Assembly (NCBI GenBank): GCA_020536535.1
Contig: JAHLWZ010000931.1
Coordinates: forward strand, 1 to 43,890
Direction: 5' to 3'
Source of the DNA: Pelomyxa schiedti
Taxonomy: Eukaryota > Protista > Evosea
DNA length: 43,890 nt
The notes below the pieces were generated by a model that did no database searches, was not told where the DNA came from, and saw nothing but the letters and a program-made list of their open reading frames with translations. Made by a program: the position numbers and the translations under genes. The number at the start of each line of letters is the position of its first letter. Within the stretch, counting starts at the first letter, position 1. Below, piece after piece: positions 39,405 to 43,890 of this stretch.

Positions 39405-41861
39405 TCAAACTAATGGCATACCAAGCCACAGCCTGAGAACTGGTTCAGGGGAACCATAAGAGCTGTGGAACTCTGCGTCCACATACTCACAGAATTCGTC
39501 AATTGTGAGGCCAAAGGAGTTGATGGTGTGGATTGCAAGGTGTGGTGAACGTGACACGAGTGGCATCAAGTGCTTGCGTATCAGTGCACCGTCAATTGAG
39601 GGACCATAGTGATCCAGAATCATGTGCCAACCTGTGAGGTCCATGCTGTCACCACATTTGGACAGTTGGGCCATGTCCACAACCTGGGAATGAGTCATGA
39701 GGTTTTTTTGCGGGTTTGTACATACATCAGACAAAGGAATGTCAAAAGTGTTAATGAGACACTCTGCACAACGGTTCTTTTGTCTTGTTAAGAGTCTGAA
39801 CAAGAGCTGATTGTGGTTTTCCTTGATTTGAGAGTATTGAAGGTTGAACTTGCGAATTATCCACTTGACAACCTTGCTGGAGAATGGATGAAATGACACT
39901 GATGTCAGGCACTGCCCAATGAACTCTGGTGTCAACGCCGCAGAACGAGAACCGGAACACAGGTGCTGGAAGCCTTCCAGGTGGAACTGCATGAACTCAA
40001 TCACAATCGTCTTGAATTGCCCTTGGTCAAGGAGCGGTTCAACTGCAGGGAATGTCTCCAACAGCAGTGCAACTGAATTCACACGACAATTGAGGGCTTG
40101 TGAAATGGCCTTGTGAATGCAACTCATGCTTATCCCTGAATGATCCGGTGCTGAGAGGTGCTGAAGGAACCACTCCAATCCCACCAGTCTGTCTTTGTGT
40201 TCCGTGCAAAGCTCAACCAAACAGTTTTCAGCAACCTCTGTGTCGGATTTTACAGCATCCATCACGTGGAAGGTCTCATCCAACCACTCTGCAACTTCAA
40301 TGTTGCCCCAACTGAGTGCAGACACAAGTGATTTGATGATGTCACTTTGTGAGAGTGACACCCTCGTTGACAGCCACCTTGCAAGTGTGGATCCCTTTTT
40401 CCTTGATGTTGAACATGCTGATGCAAAGGTTGCCGCTGTTGGTGTGAAATTATGTTCTGTGACAAGCCACTGAGTGAGTTCCACGTCTCCAGTATTTTTG
40501 CAGATACAGCTGAGTGCATTTTCATCTGGATGTGCCGGAAACGCAATGAGCAGCCACTTGGCAACTTCTGGGTTGAGCACATTTTCCAGAATGTCAGTAA
40601 AACCATTTTCAAGAAGGAAATCTTGCACCCAAGGCCATTGGCAATATTCCACCGTGCTGTGCTTGTTTGTCAGAATGTGTAATGCCTGGAAACGTCGTGA
40701 GCACACTGGGAAGTTGGAACGAAACCACTTCACATTGCAAGGGCGTGGTCCACGTGCACACGAGTAGCAAAGATCGGAAAGCGCCGTTTGGGGCCAAGTA
40801 CTCCCAAACCCAAACCTCTCAAACAGCCACTTCACCACTTCCATGTTCCCATCACACACGCAGCTCCGAATTGGCTCATACATCAACCACGATGCCTCTT
40901 TGGTCTCAACACCAATCACATCCACGAGCCACCTGACACCATCAGCACCCCCGGCGCGACACACACTCTGCCCAAAGTATACATCTCTCACGTGTACAAT
41001 CACCTTCTCCCTCAGTCCAGCCACCCCCCCACTCATCAAGTGATCACTGACCCCCCCTCTGCGTACCGTCGGGCCATCATCACTCCCACAATCCTCAGTG
41101 TGACAAGAGATTTCCCACGAAGCGACGCGGCGACCATCCCACAATCGCGGCAGCGTGCCCTGACACTCTTTGTACTCGGAATGATTAGCCCCACCAATCA
41201 GGGCAGTGGCCAGCCCCACGTGGCCGCCAACAAGCAACCCAACCACAGTCGCGCTCACTTCCTTCACAACAACATCAACATCAACAAAATCCTCCCCCCC
41301 ACCAACATGATCCTGGGAATCTATTCCCCCCACACTACCACTACTACTGGTACTATTACTTGCCGCCACTGCATCTACTGCGCGACTGTCTGGCCGACTC
41401 ACATTCTCTTGCAGCACAGCAACGTGGTCCTTTCGGAAACAGCAGCAGCCGCTCGGGATCGACAGATCCCCGATGTCGTTGTCGATCTTCCCGCGCACGT
41501 GCCTGCTGTTGAGGATCCACGCCACACACGACGGCGCCGGCACAGACGCAGCGGTCTGGATGGCGCTGTAGCTCCCGATGCAGGCGCCCCATCGTGGGTC
41601 GAACGCGAGGGCCCTGCGGCACACGAGCCCCACGATGGGGAACATCGCTTCGGCTGCCCGGAACAGGTCCGAGTAACGGCGGGCGAGGGCGTTTTGTGGC
41701 TTGGAGTTCCATCCTCGCGGGTCCGGGGGGCCGTCGAGCCACCCCGGCGACACAACGTGGTCCCAAACGAGTCGCGACACCGCGAGTACATCGTCGATTG
41801 TGGCACCCCGTTCCAGTTGTGACGACGGTGTTGTTGTGTTGGTACTTTGTGGTGTCAACAT
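39405..41861 (-). CDS. Hypothetical degenerate ankyrin-like repeat protein (expanded family), paralog 1
   Basis: 818-aa ORF with recurring G(N/D)xExxxWL motifs; probable in-frame 42-nt intron at 39684-39725 (GTATGT...CCCAG). Confidence 0.78.
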   Translation of the reverse strand: MLTPQSTNTTTPSSQLERGATIDDVLAVSRLVWDHVVSPGWLDGPPDPRGWNSKPQNALARRYSDLFRAAEAMFPIVGLVCRRALAFDPRWGACIGSYSAIQTAASVPAPSCVAWILNSRHVRGKIDNDIGDLSIPSGCCCFRKDHVAVLQENVSRPDSRAVDAVAASNSTSSSGSVGGIDSQDHVGGGEDFVDVDVVVKEVSATVVGLLVGGHVGLATALIGGANHSEYKECQGTLPRLWDGRRVASWEISCHTEDCGSDDGPTVRRGGVSDHLMSGGVAGLREKVIVHVRDVYFGQSVCRAGGADGVRWLVDVIGVETKEASWLMYEPIRSCVCDGNMEVVKWLFERFGFGSTWPQTALSDLCYSCARGPRPCNVKWFRSNFPVCSRRFQALHILTNKHSTVEYCQWPWVQDFLLENGFTDILENVLNPEVAKWLLIAFPAHPDENALSCICKNTGDVELTQWLVTEHNFTPTAATFASACSTSRKKGSTLARWLSTRVSLSQSDIIKSLVSALSWGNIEVAEWLDETFHVMDAVKSDTEVAENCLVELCTEHKDRLVGLEWFLQHLSAPDHSGISMSCIHKAISQALNCRVNSVALLLETFPAVEPLLDQGQFKTIVIEFMQFHLEGFQHLCSGSRSAALTPEFIGQCLTSVSFHPFSSKVVKWIIRKFNLQYSQIKENHNQLLFRLLTRQKNRCAECLINTFDIPLSDVCTNPQKNLMTHSQVVDMAQLSKCGDSMDLTGWHMILDHYGPSIDGALIRKHLMPLVSRSPHLAIHTINSFGLTIDEFCEYVDAEFHSSYGSPEPVLRLWLGMPLV

Positions 41862-41995
41862 TTACGAAACTTCGTGTGTTTGATCGGTTCCACGAACGGT
41901 TTGAACAAGAACAGTGCCGATGCGGTCACAATTCAACGTCCTGCAATCGTGACCAGTTTAATAGCTTTTCTAAAGATTTAGAGTGAAACTGGACT

Positions 41996-43690
41996 TTAAC
42001 TGAAAGGTATTCCAAGCCACAACTTCATTGCATAGCTGGATTCTGCATCCACATAATGATGGAACACACTACTTGCAAGTCCAAAGGAGTTGATTGTGTG
42101 GATTGCAACATGTGGGGAACGTGACACAAGTGGCAGAAAGTGTGTCCATATCAGATCACCATCAATTGCAGGACCATAGTGATCCAGAATCATGTGCCAA
42201 CCTGTGAGGTCAATGCTGTCATCACTCTCCTTGGCCAGTTCAGCCATGTCCACAATCTGTAATGGGTCATGAGTTTTTTGTGATTGTATTTGTGACCATT
42301 GGTGGAAGGACATACATCAAGCAAAGGAATGTCAAAGGATTCAATGAGCCACTGTGCACAACGGTTCTTGTGCCTCATCATCAGTTTGAACAGGAGGAGA
42401 TTGTTGGTTTGCTTGATTTGAGAGTATTGCAGGTTGAACTTGTGAATCACCCACTTTACAACCTTGCTGGAGTATGGATGGAATGACTCTGATGTCAGAC
42501 ACTGTCCAACCAACTCTGGTGTCAAAAAGGTGGAACTTGAAGTGGAACACAGGTGCTGGAAGCCTGCCAGGTGAAACTGCATGAACTGAGTCACAATTTC
42601 TTTGAATTTTCTTTGGTCTTGGTGTGGTTCAAACACAGAGAAGGTCTTCAACAGCAGGGCAATGGAATTCCTGCGTGAATTTTGGAGGGCCTGTGACACA
42701 GCCTTGTGAACACAGCTCATTTTTATCTCTGAAACCTGTGATGATGAGAGGTGCTGAAGGAACCACTCCAATCCCACCACTCTGTCAGTGTAATCACTGG
42801 GATCAGAGCAAATCTGAACAAGGAAGTTTTCAGCAACCTCTCTGCTAGAATTGATAGCATCCATCACGTGGAAGGTCTCGTCCAACCACTCTGCAACTTT
42901 AATGTTTCCCCAACTGAGTGCAGACACCATTGATTTGGTGATATCGGTTTGTGAGAGTGACACCCTCGTTGACAACCACCTTGCAAGTGTGGATCCCTTT
43001 TCTGTTGATGTTGAACATGCTGATTCAAAGGTTGCTGCTGTTGGTGTGAAATTGTGCTCTGTGACAAGCCACTGAGTGAGTTCCACGTTTCCAGTATTTT
43101 TACAGATACAGTTGAGGTTATCCTCACCTGGCTGAGATGGAACAGTTGTGAGCAACCACTTGACAATATCTGGATTGTGAATATGCAGAATGAAAGGGTA
43201 ACCATTGACAAAAAGAAAATCTTGCAACCACGGCCATTGGCAATCTTCCAGAGTGCTGTTCTTGTTTGACAGAAGGGATAATGTCATTCCCCTCTCATTT
43301 GGGCTCACTGGGAAGTTGTCCAGGCACCACTTCAAATTGGAAGGGGAGTTTCCACAGGCACACCAGTTGTAAAGCTCGCCAAACACCGATTGGTGCAAAT
43401 TACTCCCAAACCCAAACTCTCAAACAGCCACTTCACAACTTCGATCTTCCCATAGAAGATGCTGTGCCGCATTGCCCCATACAGCACCCAGGGCGCTTCT
43501 CTCATCCCAATCCCACATGTATCCACAAGCCACTTCACTGCATCAACACTCCCAGCAACACACACACTCTGCACAAATTGTGACTCCCCACACGACGCCT
43601 TCACATGCTCAATCACGTTTTTCCTCAGTTCCAAAACCCCGGCCGTCACCGCATCTGCATCGGTTGCGGTGTATTTCACAGCAGAACCAC
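41996..43690 (-). pseudogene. Tandem paralog 2 of the 39405-41861 gene; frameshifted and apparently 5'-truncated
   Basis: High similarity to paralog 1 (ELTQWLVTEHNFTPTAATF..., KGSTLARWLSTRVSLSQ) and same intron position (42257-42315). 1-nt deletion at ~43417 (GAGAGTTT vs GAGAGGTTT). Homology is lost above ~43690. Confidence 0.65.
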
Positions 43691-43890
43691 AATTGTGGGA
43701 TGGCCAATGGAGTTTACTCGAAAATATAAAAAAATTGCTTTCTTTGCAACGCAGGGCTGTCTCTCAACTGAAACAAGGTCATAAATATACAAATAGCGTT
43801 GGGAAGACATGGTGATCAGGCGATGTCAGAAGCGTGGCTTAGAGCCAAGAAATCGGCAAAAAACAGGGTTTTTTCGGAGTAAACTCCAAA

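Overview
Compact, intron-rich eukaryotic (protist) genomic DNA. Introns are short (~30-90 nt, GT-AG) and intergenic gaps are only 60-280 bp. A DUSE-like snRNA promoter element suggests an amoebozoan, which is an inference. About eleven protein-coding loci can be reconstructed by manual splicing: an ankyrin/F-box-like/Hint (Vint-type) protein, a half-LIM + double-zinc-ribbon protein, an intronless NO VEIN-like GHKL-ATPase/DUF3883 giant, an IpgD/SopB-like phosphoinositide phosphatase (NCKSGCDRTG), a large unknown protein, a secreted GH13 alpha-amylase, an SDR, a RING E3 ligase, an unknown membrane-anchored protein, a complete telomerase reverse transcriptase (TERT, ~30417-35123, minus strand), and two tandem paralogs of a repeat-protein family (the second frameshifted and truncated). 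The most striking arrangement is at 35.1-35.5 kb. An intact U6 snRNA gene ends only ~70 bp upstream of the TERT start codon on the same strand. Its upstream element (CCCATAAGTA) has an inverted twin (CCCACAAGTA) that points at an unannotated, hairpin-containing, T8-terminated small RNA candidate. That candidate carries a telomerase-template-like 9-mer (TCACCCTCA); a telomerase RNA role is speculative. The 35.5-39.3 kb interval is a mosaic of duplicated exon/intron-like modules and conserved hairpins with no sustained ORF. All gene models are hand-spliced; internal boundaries are approximate.
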